A stretch of 64,000 nucleotides of DNA from assembly GCA_002633005.1 (NCBI GenBank), contig NMRA01000018.1, positions 1,189,531 through 1,253,530 on the forward strand. The letters are read 5' to 3'. The stretch's first letter is position 1, and the number at the start of each line of letters is the position of its first letter. A program made the position numbers and the translations under genes. Origin of the DNA: Phoronis australis. Lineage: Eukaryota > Animalia > Phoronida. Positions 25,301 through 35,700 of this stretch are shown in pieces. The notes beneath the pieces are model-generated. The model saw nothing but the letters and a program-made list of their open reading frames with translations. It had not been told where the DNA came from and ran no database searches.

Positions 25301-28300
25301 ACGGGTTTTCTGAGTAGCTGGATACATCAAGAGAAGCCAGGTGTGTGTTAAACTCGGCCGGTGTTGGTGCACTCAGTTTGATGTACACCAAACCATCCGC
25401 ATCAGGCATGTAGTCAAGGTCACACGAGTCCGACACAATTAGCAGTCTTGACTGGGCATTTTTAGACTTGATCGCGTTGAGCAACTTGACGACGTAATCG
25501 TTGTCAGCGAACGACACGACAACCTGAGCTTGAGGCATGTCAAGCATGTGATCAACAACATCCATCTGGTCTCCCTTAGACATGTACTTGGCAACGACGC
25601 AGATACCAGCGTCTCTCGCCAAGTCACTGAACAACTTGCCAGTAGCCTTGGAACGATCACTGCCATCGATGAACATCTGAACATAATTCCAGTTGTTCAA
25701 TGTAAGGAAATTAACAATTGCCATAGCCTTGGCCTTGTCAGATGGCACTGTTGTTAAGGTATACGGGAACGTATCCAGGAGGGCCTGACTGCCGAAGCGT
25801 GCATGAATCTGTGGTCTGTGGTCATATATTGTCAAGGCAGCAGTGTCCGTACTTAGAGGTCCAAGGTCAGTCATGTAGTTGGTAGTGTAGAATGGCTTTA
25901 TGTGCTCGCCAAAAGGGGATTTGTACGTAGATAAGCCTGGTAACGAGAAATAGGTTATGTGAGACTTGAATATCTTATGCTATGTTACATAGGACCTGTA
26001 CTACTGCCGAAATATAAAGCTAAAGCCTTTCTTCAGCATATGTGAAAAACGTGTCAGCAGTAATCAAGGAATCATAAACAAACATTCCACGCTTAGAGAA
26101 CAGTTCACAAAATTAATATTCTATTGAACAGGTGGCATCACGTGTACATGTGGAGAACGTTAAGCAGCGTCCACCTGCCCAGAGAAGTGATCACACCTCA
26201 GCCTTCCTCACCGACGTACTCTAGACGTCTGGTCATCCTATAGACATGCGGGTGTTGTTCATTCAAAATATTTTTGCAAATTGTACAATTTACCCAAACA
26301 CCAAGTCAAGCAATGGCATCCAAAACACTATAGTTTATTGTATAGAAGAGTTAACAGGGCTGTTTGTTTTCAACCTTAAACAGGTGTTTGCATGCCAATA
26401 CTTATACCATGGTATAACAAGAACTAAACAATAATGTTATTTTAACATTTCCTAATCGAGCTGTAGTAATTGTTTTCTTTCACAGATAATTTGTAATTAT
26501 GTGAAAACAAAAATTTCTGCACATGGACAACCTTTGCACTGATGTTGCACCTCAAAGGAACACTTGACCTGCATCATATGGTGTTCTTCACCAGTACCGT
26601 ATCATGTCACTTCCTGAACACGACACGCTGATTAGCAGCAGATCACTTTCGTGACAAAATTTATTCTTAAACATTTTAGCAACTTACAGACCACAGTGAC
26701 TTTATCTACACAACGTCCTATGTTGTATATCAAACGCGTTTGCGCGCAACTTCCACTTATATGCACTCTATCAAACTCCCAGTGTATTTTGCTGATCCTC
26801 CAAAGAATCAGAGCAGGTCATCAAGAGACATAACAAAAATAGTTATAAGGTTATGCAGGACTATAGAAAAATTACAAAATGTTGGCCAACTTCAGAACAT
26901 TGTATCTCAGATATGGGTAATCAGATTTTGAAACTTCAGACACTATGATTTATGCACTGCTTTGCAAAACACCATCAGAAATATAGTTTTTAAAATGTTC
27001 CATTATTTGTATGAGGGTATGGGGAAAAACAAGAATTTTATGATCTTCATGAAGAAAATCAACAGTTGCGTATAACGAAAACGAAATGAAAATGTGGAAA
27101 ATTGTGACATTTCTTGAGATTTCATCTTGTACACTTACATTAAACAAAACTTGTTCATGTTGTTGATATCACTGTTTTTCCACAACGATTAAGGAAAAGC
27201 TTCCCAATCAATAACTTTGAGTGCATAAAAGTTGTCAACAGAAATCGCGTCTTCAGCCAATTTTGCGTACATGAGGGAGGCTTCAAAACCATTCAGTGAA
27301 GATATCAAAAAATTCTAACTATACCTGCTTTATACTGTGAAAGCAGCAGATTGGTTGCACTCGGGGATGAGCACGTGTCCAACCCGAGGCCACCCAGGGT
27401 GACACCGTTGAGAATGCCTGGGAATTTGGTACGGTCGTTCACGTTGCGCAAGGCATAGATGAAGGCCTGTGAGTCCATAGCTTGTTCTTTGTTCACTTTA
27501 CCACAGCCGTACTGAGTGAAGCCAGTCTTATGTATGTTAAATAAGCCAGCCAGATAGAAGGTGCCGTCACGAGAGTAATACTTCCTGTTGTCTAATGGTG
27601 AAAGACAGTTGCTACAACCAGAGCTTGGGCAAGGAGATGCTGGTAAAGAGGGTAGCTTGGCAGTGCGGGCGTTGTTGTACATTTCGATTGGTTTGCTCAT
27701 GTCTCTAACAAATCGAGTATCCAGGTATTCTGCAACCTATAGTGTAAGGAGTCACATTTTAAGAGTTTTAAGAGTTATAGTCAAAGAGACTTCTGGAAAC
27801 TTTGCATAAAAATGAAAAAATATTGCTTATGTCTTGAACAAATGTTCATTACCAATTTAGGTTGAATCTACGTATATGAACATATTCTACTGTAACAAAC
27901 AAACCAGATCACCTATCAAAAAATAGTTTACAAGAATGCAAATTTAATTTTTTTTCATTTCAGCTAAACCACTCAACTCACACTTCTAAAAAGGAATGTT
28001 CCATTGATGTCCTCGGCATAGTTCCAGACTCCGAATGTGTTGTCTTTAATATCTCCATTCTGATCAAACTCGACAACTTTTGGAGCTTTCCAGGGTGGTT
28101 CATAATGCGACGAAAGACTTGGAATGCGTTCAGCCGTTTGATAAGTGAACTTGTTCGGCTTAAGGTATGTGTTGAAGAACTGCTGGCGACTCAGTCTGGC
28201 AAGGTTTTGACACATGCCCAAGGTGGCGCCACACACAGCTTGTCTGGCTTTCTTCAGAGCATTGGCGTAGGTATACACAGCATGAATAGCTGGTTCAACA

Positions 28301-31300
28301 TGACGGCTCTGTACAAACTGCTTGCGACGCTCAGACTCTGACGGAATCACGCAGTTGGGATAAGCATTGTACGGAGCATAGTTAATGCCAGTCAGCTTGC
28401 ACTTGTACGTGGTCATCCACCATTCCTTGAACCAAGGATTCTCCGCACTGGGGTTGTTAGGGTCTATGCTTACCCAGTGCGTCTCGAACTCGGCAATGTG
28501 ACGGAAATGGTGCTCCAAAAACAAGGCGCCTTTGGCCATGGTTAGCTTCGTCATAGCTGGAGATCTCATCTCGTTACCTGCCAGAATCCACTGCAAGTTG
28601 CCTTTCCCCAGTCGGCCAGCAGACTCCAAGAACATCTTCGCTTGTGACCCATGCCCAACATACACTACGCCAGTAGTTCCGGTCATTTCCACCCCCTTGA
28701 CAATAGCGTCATAAACAGCGAGGTTCGTTTCTTGTCCATCTACCTCTTGCACAAATGTAATGCATATACCCTCTGCCAGGGCCGTTTTTCGTATTTCCTC
28801 GAGAGATTCCTGCCCCATTGATGTACTGTCGTGAATTAACGCAATGTATTTCCACTGTAGGTGCTTGAGCAGTTCGACAAGTGCCTGGGCAGTCTGTACA
28901 TTTCGAGGAATGGTCCTCATAAACGTGGGGTACTTTGTCTTGTCGCTCAAGGAGGTATCTGTCGCCGAGTAGGAGATCTGACTGATGTCGAACTGACTGG
29001 CCAATGAACTGACTGCTTCACTTGTGTCGCTCTTGGATGTGCCAAGTATACCTAAAATGACAAATCACGCAATAGTTCAGTCTGTGAAAAGCTGTCGTCT
29101 GACTATCGTGATCAGAAGGTTGCCTATTTATACTATTTATGTAAAAATCTACAATCTGTAGTAATTTTTTAACAGGTGATTGCCAATAAAGGAAATTATT
29201 TCGAGGAAAAGGACAAGAATCACACCGAGACTATTTCTGTGGCACTTAAGACAAAAATGACAAAGCAAGAAATGGCTCTATTAACGAGATACAAGCATGA
29301 AATTGTGGCGTGTCAAACAAGTAAGAACATTCATGGACGTCAATGGGTGAGACAGTAAAATCTAACCAATTTCGGACAAAACGATTCCCATGATTTCCAT
29401 ATTTTAAAGTTTAAAAAATTCTAACACTGTTTTGAATGGCCAGTTTTTCAATTATTGTCCAATGGTAGCTTAGGTACTAGCAGAACTTGAAATTGAAAGT
29501 AATTCTTCTGTGTTACCCATCTGCTCTAAAAAGAAAATATATAAAATTTCACCAATTTAGGTCACAGTATGTAGAGCAAGTGAAATTTTATTTTTTTCAT
29601 AAAAATAAGTTCCACAAAATAAAGGCTTCATCAACTTGTATACCAAAGCAAATATCTGACAATGTTTTGAGTAACTGTGGACATTTACAACAATCTTAGG
29701 AGCCCTTGAAACTAAAAAAGTCAACTTTGGCGTTTGTTTTTGTCAGAAATCAGTGACATTTTAGCATATATAAAAGTTCACTTGTTTGCCTTATTGTGTT
29801 CTAACTAGGTGAGATTTGATCGTAAGCATGCATATACAAACCAAAAAATATTTGGTTCAAATTTGAAGAGCAGGCAGCCATATCATATCCAGTTTCTGGG
29901 AAGTCCTTCATAACACCAAACACTGCGGCTGCCTTGGAACTACAAGTGTCATGAACCTTCAACCCTGAAAAGAGAAGTAAACAGAAATTAGCTAATTAAA
30001 CAGAAATTTTATCAAGCACATGAGATATTGTGGTTGAAGCTGCTACAAATTGACCTTGTATTACAAATTCAACTTTTGGTTCAGACCACTTACTGTTTAA
30101 ATTGGTCCCAAAGTGTTCCTTAATCAAACTGGTGATTCCTTCAGGGCTTTGTAAGAACATATAGTTCGTTAGAGCTTGAAACCTGGCTCTACAGCTTAGC
30201 TTGTCAGCGTGTCATTTTCAACTAAAATAAGTTTATTTCCCCTACCCCTATAATTGACCACAAATATTTGAGCAACTCAAAACTTTACACTTGAGATAAG
30301 ACAAAAGAATTATTTTTTCAATTTCAGAAACTTATAATATTTTTGTAATAAAATAGTGCACACCCCTATATTGAAAGCTAATAACTTAATGACCAATCTC
30401 GCCATCTCAAAGGGTTAAAGGTAGGGGGTGACGCTTTAGTATATGATTTGAAGCCAATTCATAAATCGTGAATAATCCTCAGTAAAGGCAAAATTTCTCA
30501 GGCTGAAAAGTTTACTGTACATATATATTCAAGTTTGGCCAATATTAATTAAGCTTTTTGAGCCAACTTTATTCAAGATACCACACTAAGCTCACATAAC
30601 TTAGCTAACTAAATAACAGATGTTCGTACTTCGGAGCACTTGTGTGTACCACACACCATGTTGTAATGTCTGAACAGGTCATGCGATTTGTTAATTGTGA
30701 CCATCAGGATATAATGCGGTAAGAAAACATTCAAACTAAACTGTGTGTGTTACTGACCGGCAATCTTATTCAATTAAGCTTGCACACCAATTGTTACCAA
30801 GAGGCAAGGTTTTGCAAGCTTGGAATTCGATGTTAAAAAAAGTTGGCAGGCCAAACAACTTGATTCACTTAGAAAGTTTTTTGAGAACCCCGAGTTATAG
30901 TTTACCGGCCCTGTCTTTACAAGCGAACTAAGTAATGGCAATAGGCAGCAAAGACATTCAAGCTTGGAGAAAACATTCAAATAGTGTGATGCAAGTTTGA
31001 TCCAATTTAGCTTTAGTTAGTACTCTGAAGTCCACACACCTATTTTCACTCCAGGGACATATCTGTCAGTGATGGGCTGCGTGTTATACACTCCTGTGTT
31101 CAGGTTGACTTTGGACAGAGCCCATCGAAGAGCTTCAAATCCTTGCATGTGATCTGAAATGAAGACAAAATTATTAACATGACTGTGATAGCAAGGTGTG
31201 TCTTAAATGTTGATCAAGAAAGAACATAGGAGGAAATCAGCAGCCAAATTAGATTTCCTAGAGCTCTAACCTATAATTGACCTATCGCCAGGATCTTGAG

Positions 31301-32748
31301 TGACAGCTTAACTGACCAATCTGAATGCAGCATTCTTGAAAGATCTTCGTTTCCAAGCCGCCATTTTACCAACAAACAACACGTTATTGGGTAAAACTAA
31401 TTGCTTTTTTTTGTCGGGTGTCACGTGACTTTTCGCAATTGGGCAGCAGCTTGCGATAGGTCAATTAAGACCTCTGTCCAAACACCCACCTCCCCCACCA
31501 ACCTCCCGCACCCTGTTACCACCGTTACATGCTAACCCCCATTGTCATAATTTTCAAGACCCCCTAATTTGTGTAGGAGTTTTCCCATTAGTTCATAGAC
31601 AAGCCAACTCGGACCCAGGTCTACTAACACACTAATTTTCATTTTAATTCAACACTATGCATCTTTACCGCATGTAAAATGCCTCAATGTAACAATGCCA
31701 AGAATCAAGAATCTTTATTTAACGTCGTTCGAAGAACAGTAGCCGGTTGGGCTATTTCTACAACATTAAATTGAATTAGCATGACACCGAGTCGTTTTAC
31801 ATAACGATGACACAATTTGATTTTAATCAATACTTTGACAAAATAAAACAGTTTTCACTCTTTTGAAAATTAATTTGGGTATGAGTTGACTTGCAAGGTA
31901 CGGAGTTGACTTGGAGGGTACAAAGTAGGCTATCCGGTTTGCAGGACACGTTGTGGCTAAGTTCTAAACGAGATAATCCTGTACTGCCTGAGATACTAAA
32001 GCTGACCTTAGTAACAAAATCTATTATTTATTTGGCCACTTGCCCAATGTTATGAAATGGGTCTCCGAAGAGGTGATGTCTGGGTTTGGAAACAGGTACC
32101 AGTGGCAGGCCGGGGTTTGGGGATATTATTGAGAGCTCATTATAACATTGCCTGAAAGGCTGAAACCAGGTTTTACAAGTGAGTTAATAACCACGGTCTC
32201 CAAAAACAACGAACAGTCAAACCAAGAAACCACGCAGTACTCACTTCTTCAGTCATGAACAACTTCTATTTTGGTTGGAACCTCTATTTTTAGGAAGATC
32301 TTTAGAAGTCTGCAGCTGAGTAGGCTACTGAAGACAGGCCAAATCCAGATATAGACTGTGTGAGTGAGTGGATTTCACACTTTCATGGTTTTTGAATCAT
32401 GATTCCACTTGTGACTAGTGATAAGCCGAGTTAGGCTGTTGCTTTGGTGGTTAGGGTCGCCCAAGCAATTCTGCCAAGTCGTGGCCATTCACGTTTAAAA
32501 TTGCATGGGCTCTCAAGCACTTGTTGACAAGGCTGGACACGTAGAACTACAATGCTTTTACCTGTGGAGACTGGGCCACATTTTTTGGCACCTGTGGCGA
32601 GTTCATGGAACGCCACATGACTGCTGAGAAAGGCAGTAGCACCAGTTTGATCCACCCAGTGGTCGCGAGAACACGTTTTCTTGGACAAATCTGAAGCACC
32701 GCCAGCTGCTCGTAGGACTGTCAAGACGCACAATAGACGGCGCCACAT
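4187..32748 (-). CDS. Class C GPCR with five tandem Venus-flytrap domains plus 7TM (~2846 aa). Coding exons in order: 32562-32748, 31040-31153, 29842-29964, 27982-29051, 27325-27736, 25227-25936, 24459-24597, 23267-23448, 20874-22304, 18608-18779, 17214-17420, 16159-16354, 13661-14421, 11689-11855, 9755-11257, 7563-8159, 6680-7121, 4187-4314
   Basis: Manual splicing gives a continuous 8541-nt frame with GT/AG at every junction and matching phases. mGluR/CaSR VFT motifs (GxFxxH..CG, GGxxLDTCS, QISYxxT..LSD..YPxFxRTxP, GICI, NPWFxExW) recur five times. Class C 7TM motifs are CAIRRFGQG..LLLK and NHREARW. The last exon is the least certain. Confidence 0.9.
6680..7121 (-). CDS. GPCR exon 17 (end of TM4 to TM7, start of C-tail)
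   Basis: VIINTEWLILRHP..CRC..LVLSCVYVMVL..NHREARWVLITALFTVGCWIVW..IFIRKLW. Confidence 0.92.
7563..8159 (-). CDS. GPCR exon 16 (Cys stalk, TM1-TM4)
   Basis: IGYWQ..SICPVDKKCSC..AWGIIVLAFSSIG (TM1)..CAIRRFGQGFVYAMIFAPLLLKV (TM3). Confidence 0.93.
9501..9569. repeat. 13-bp minisatellite (TTGAATATAGTAG) x5
   Basis: Perfect tandem copies read directly. Confidence 0.95.
9755..11257 (-). CDS. GPCR exon 15 (linker plus entire VFT5 in one exon)
   Basis: DLNILGFFDVH..KLGGLAVDTCSS..MVSPSATSPTLTDKVKYPYVLRTSPPD..DWFEEFW; 1503 nt, phase 0-0. Confidence 0.94.
11689..11855 (-). CDS. GPCR exon 14 (end of VFT4)
   Basis: GVKFQDATKQEFSFD..RGYHIYS; donor GTATGT, phase 0. Confidence 0.88.
12397..12664. mobile_element. 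Diverged copy of the TA-flanked MITE
   Basis: Colinear similarity to 24131-24401 (GTCATGAC.GC.AATTCTG ... TTTTGTCTGAA.ACTTTTGGCTTGTAC). Confidence 0.65.
13661..14421 (-). CDS. GPCR exon 13 (VFT4 core)
   Basis: YPYFFRTVPADDKQA..GSYGE..GICI..GSDEWG..RNPWWEE. Confidence 0.94.
16159..16354 (-). CDS. GPCR exon 12 (VFT4)
   Basis: YVGALKNDVSVKMASLLNVLSIPQISYGSTSLLLSNR. Confidence 0.92.
16569..16756. repeat. 19-bp minisatellite (ATTCACACCCATCTTCATT), about 7 copies decaying into 18-bp units
   Basis: Tandem copies read directly; explains the spurious repetitive ORF 16534-16758. Confidence 0.92.
17214..17420 (-). CDS. GPCR exon 11 (VFT4)
   Basis: GVFDVH..FSCG..GFQLVEAFNFAIDQVN..IGGIALDSC; donor GTAAGA. 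Confidence 0.92.
17624..17655. repeat. (GAT)n microsatellite
   Basis: ATGATGATGATG run. Confidence 0.9.
17795..17990. mobile_element. Fold-back MITE with ~55-bp imperfect TIRs
   Basis: TAGATGCATCAGAAGTCTGGCGAGGTTCGCAATCTC versus GAGATTGCAAACTTCGTCACATTTCTGGTGCATCTA. Confidence 0.7.
18608..18779 (-). CDS. GPCR exon 10 (linker and start of VFT4)
   Basis: SSCVGTCTQC..YIPGDLLIAG. Confidence 0.9.
19540..20660. repeat. Degenerate tandem array of roughly 130-150-bp units
   Basis: Recurrent blocks: CACTAGG(G/T)GGCA, ..CATCAG.., AAATTTCACAAAGATCCT..GGTTTAG. Confidence 0.55.
20874..22304 (-). CDS. GPCR exon 9 (linker plus entire VFT3 in one exon)
   Basis: SQCTTSSCAVC..PGDIILGGTFH..LISPSAT..YPTLYRTVPSD..DPWFEEWY..NAVYSFAQAL; 1431 nt, phase 0-0. 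Confidence 0.94.
23267..23448 (-). CDS. GPCR exon 8 (end of VFT2)
   Basis: GYNGVCANF..FKFINKYGNFDFDVYNF, homologous to the VFT3 C-terminus; not in the ORF track; phase 1-0. Confidence 0.88.
24131..24401. mobile_element. Tc1/mariner-type MITE (TA-flanked, CAGTAC ends); family of three copies in the window
   Basis: TA|CAGTACAGGACAAAAGTAATTAGACAAAA .. TTTTGTCTGAACACTTTTGGCTTGTACTG|TA; related copies at 1097-1353 and 12397-12664. Confidence 0.75.
24459..24597 (-). CDS. GPCR exon 7 (VFT2)
   Basis: KCANP..VITAVYATAHGLHETLKHYCG (AVYAxAHAL motif); donor GTAAGT. Confidence 0.88.
25227..25936 (-). CDS. GPCR exon 6 (VFT2 core, divergent)
   Basis: FPYTLTTVPSD..WNYVQ..GICVV..NPWFKEIY; splice sites phase-compatible. 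Confidence 0.9.
27325..27736 (-). CDS. GPCR exon 5 (Cys linker and start of VFT2)
   Basis: SPCPSSGCSNC linker, then DGTFYLAGLFNIH..CG..GVTLGGLGLDTCSS. Confidence 0.92.
27982..29051 (-). CDS. GPCR exon 4 (VFT1 core)
   Basis: GILGTSKSDTS..QISYSATDTSLSDKTKYPTFMRTIP..GICI..NPWFKEWW; donor GTGAGT, phase 0. Confidence 0.93.
29842..29964 (-). CDS. GPCR exon 3 (VFT1)
   Basis: TTTCAG acceptor; GLKVHDTCSSKAAAV (DTCS motif); phase 1-1. Confidence 0.85.
31040..31153 (-). CDS. GPCR exon 2 (VFT1)
   Basis: TTTCAG acceptor; DHMQGFEALRWALSKVN..YVPGVKIG matches the class C EAMxFAxxxIN..LPGxxLG motif; not in the ORF track. Confidence 0.88.
31274..31467. mobile_element. MITE with perfect 15-bp TIR
   Basis: TAATTGACCTATCGC ... 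GCGATAGGTCAATTA. Confidence 0.65.
32562..32748 (-). CDS. Multi-VFT GPCR coding exon 1: signal peptide and start of VFT1
   Basis: MWRRLLCVLTVLRAAGG is signal-peptide-like, followed by HVAFHE..KKCG. Donor G|GTAAAA (phase 1). An acceptor TTCAG lies 1 nt before the ATG, implying an upstream non-coding exon. Confidence 0.8.
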
Positions 32749-35700
32749 ACTGAAACGAAGACGATGGGTGTGAGAGCGTTGACGGTCTTTTTCGTCAGGA
32801 GTGACTAATAATAAAGCAGGTTAACCATTTGTCTCATCGATACCCTTTACACTATTTTAACGTCTAGAACCGATTTTCAACAAAAATAAATAACATTTGA
32901 CTAAGAAATACACTATCCAGCAGGGAAAATCTCATCTTACATACACTCATTTCTTATTTCGGTCAGTTCGGCAGGCTCGCCGCGTGTTTGTATTGACAGT
33001 GAGTTAAAATTGTCGGAAAGTGAACTGCTACAGACACCCCACACCGACACGACTTTGGGCACACGTGTCCTCGTTTAACCGGTATGAAGTTTTAGTGATG
33101 CGTCAGTAGTCATGGCTCAATGCCGACAGAATAGTGACCTGCCTCAGGCAGTTTAAAAAATGACCTGCCTAATACTGCACTGTAACTCCAAAATACAAAC
33201 CAAATATATAGTCTCCCACGCACATTCTACAGTCAATGATCTACACTCCCGCACTGCTTGATTATTTACTGTTTAGATGGCACTTTAAACATGAGTTCTC
33301 CATTGCATAGTGCCGAACCTTTTCATGATCCTGCATAATTTAAAATTTTAAAAACTAAAAGCGGCCATTGAACCAGTCTTTCATCACATAACAGTTTTGA
33401 TTGGGGACACTTATTACGGTAAGTGAAATTGGTTTCAATTTGTTCCTTAGCCAACTTAGAGGCGATTTCAGGCCCTGGCGAAAAAATGATGGTTGGCGTA
33501 TAAAACGCCGGTTCAGTATCAGTTTGAGACACTGGGGGTTTTCAATGCATAAGGAGTTGTCTTGCCTCGCCGGACGAACTTCATTTTATGAGCGGCGCGT
33601 GGTCTCAAGGCTATATAACAAACTATCAGTTATTTACAAACACAAAAATTACTTTAGTAAGGCCAAGTGTCACACAATTTTACAACGGGGTAAGGCGTAA
33701 CTGAAAGAGTCCCCTCCGAGTCCGCGCCTTCTTGGTTGGGCGGTGTAGTGCGAGTATAGCAGTTGAGGGTTTACAAGATTCGTTGAGCATTAAGTGATCA
33801 GTGCCAGCCCGAGGAAGCAAACAGGGGTCATACGGTATGGGTTAAATCAATGTCGGAGATCAATATGGGTACCATCGCTCCATTCAAGTCTGTTATTGTG
33901 GGTTACTCAGTCGATTTACTGATGACTGGTACAATGTAATTACTACTACTGGAATTTTATTCAGAACACCTTAACATGTTAAACATCAGGGTGGTATCTT
34001 GGGATAACGGGCCACATACACCGTACTGGGAGTGGTAATGCTGCTTTGATGTATAGTTATTGCCGTGAGTCATGAGTAGTCACTATAACACCGTTCACCA
34101 GCCCCACCTCTGAGTCCACTTAGTCCCAGCTCGGTAACCAATATCGCTGAATCGACGAATGGAAGAATTTAACACTAAGTTAGTATATGCAACTTAATCC
34201 AGCAAGACAGTCGTCCTCCAGTAATTGAATTATAAAATATACAATTCCTCATCTACTTGACAGACGTACTGATCGAATCGCCAACCCGTACCTGTGAATG
34301 TAGTCGCAGACTAGATTAAGTTTTATCAACCCAAACCACCACATGTTATACAAATCGCCAAAGGATTTCATCAACTATACAATACCGCCTAAAGTGCCCA
34401 TTTCATTGCAATCGCGGATTATCATTTTTACGTACCGTGCTGGTAGACTTACCTGGTAGTTGGGTGCTCGGGGTCCCGCGTTTGGCTTTAGTGTAACCAA
34501 TACAGGCCTCACCTAAATGCTTAAATCGTAAAAGTAAACCCAACCCGGGTGATGCCGGAGACAGGTAGTTCCAATTCGAGGCAAGGTTAACCCAAACAAG
34601 TTAATTTATTGTACTGCAGGTATCCTCAGAACAAGAACAATAGACCTCTTTTTATAGAACGTGAAAACCAGTCAGACCAGTTTCCCAACCTGTCTATTCA
34701 CAGGTAACTTGCTTTGTACCGCCATCTGTTAACGGCAAGCAGTACTAATAGCGTCCGTGTCGGGAAGGCCGGGGTCAGATCGGAAGTCATGATCCGGTGG
34801 TAGCAATGAATTTCATGGGTTGTACTTTATCATATGGTGATCAGTGCAATGGACCCACATGCGCGGCCTGCGCACGTCTGGTAGAACGTGCACCAGACCG
34901 CCTGCAATTATTTTTTGATATCATTATCATATAAATCATGTAGATTGAATTGTTTCCAAATTTCTTGTTGTGAAGAATAGAGTAATTGATATTCAACATT
35001 AAATTATAAAGTTAATCTTTTTTGGCTAAATAAATAAATTTACCATGTGCATTATAGTACTTTATAGAAGTTCATGCATGATCGCCATGGTTATTAAAGA
35101 GTCAGTTTCAGCAATAGTAGGATATAACGTGCCCGTATTTTGAGAACCAGTTTCACGCCCGTTATTCAGAGGAGAAAACTGGTTCTCAAAATTACTCTAT
35201 TCTTCACAACTAGAAATTTGGAAACAATTCGATCTACATGATTTATATGATAATAATATATACACGCATTTCGTCAGTAAAATGGGCAACGTTCTGAATA
35301 GGTAATCCTCAATGCAAATGCCCTCCAAAATTATATAAAACAAGCCGACGAAGGCGTGGCCTTGACTTTTTAAAACCAATTTGAGGTGGTACTGCAGTAA
35401 CACTGACTATTTTATAAAATCTATTGGTCTATTTACACCAACCCCTGGACTATTTACATTGGTACGATGTTTCGGTCGAACATTTCTCCCACCATCTTCA
35501 GGTAATACAACATTCTTACAACGCATGCGCAACCCTGGTCACACGTACAGTATCAGTAGAACAGGAGATGTGACAAAGTAACGAACAATGTCCTAAAATA
35601 TAAAGAAACCTTTTTAAAAAATGATGTAATGAAACGAAATGACACAAACTGAATGAAGGGTATTTGACACCAACTGGGTACATGACGCTGAGGCAATTTC

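Noticed and set aside
9692-29004. Treating the large ORFs (537, 559, 343, 319 aa) as separate mGluR-like genes
   Set aside because: Their ORF ends are intronic read-through. Splice sites and phases join them in one frame with a single signal peptide and a single 7TM.
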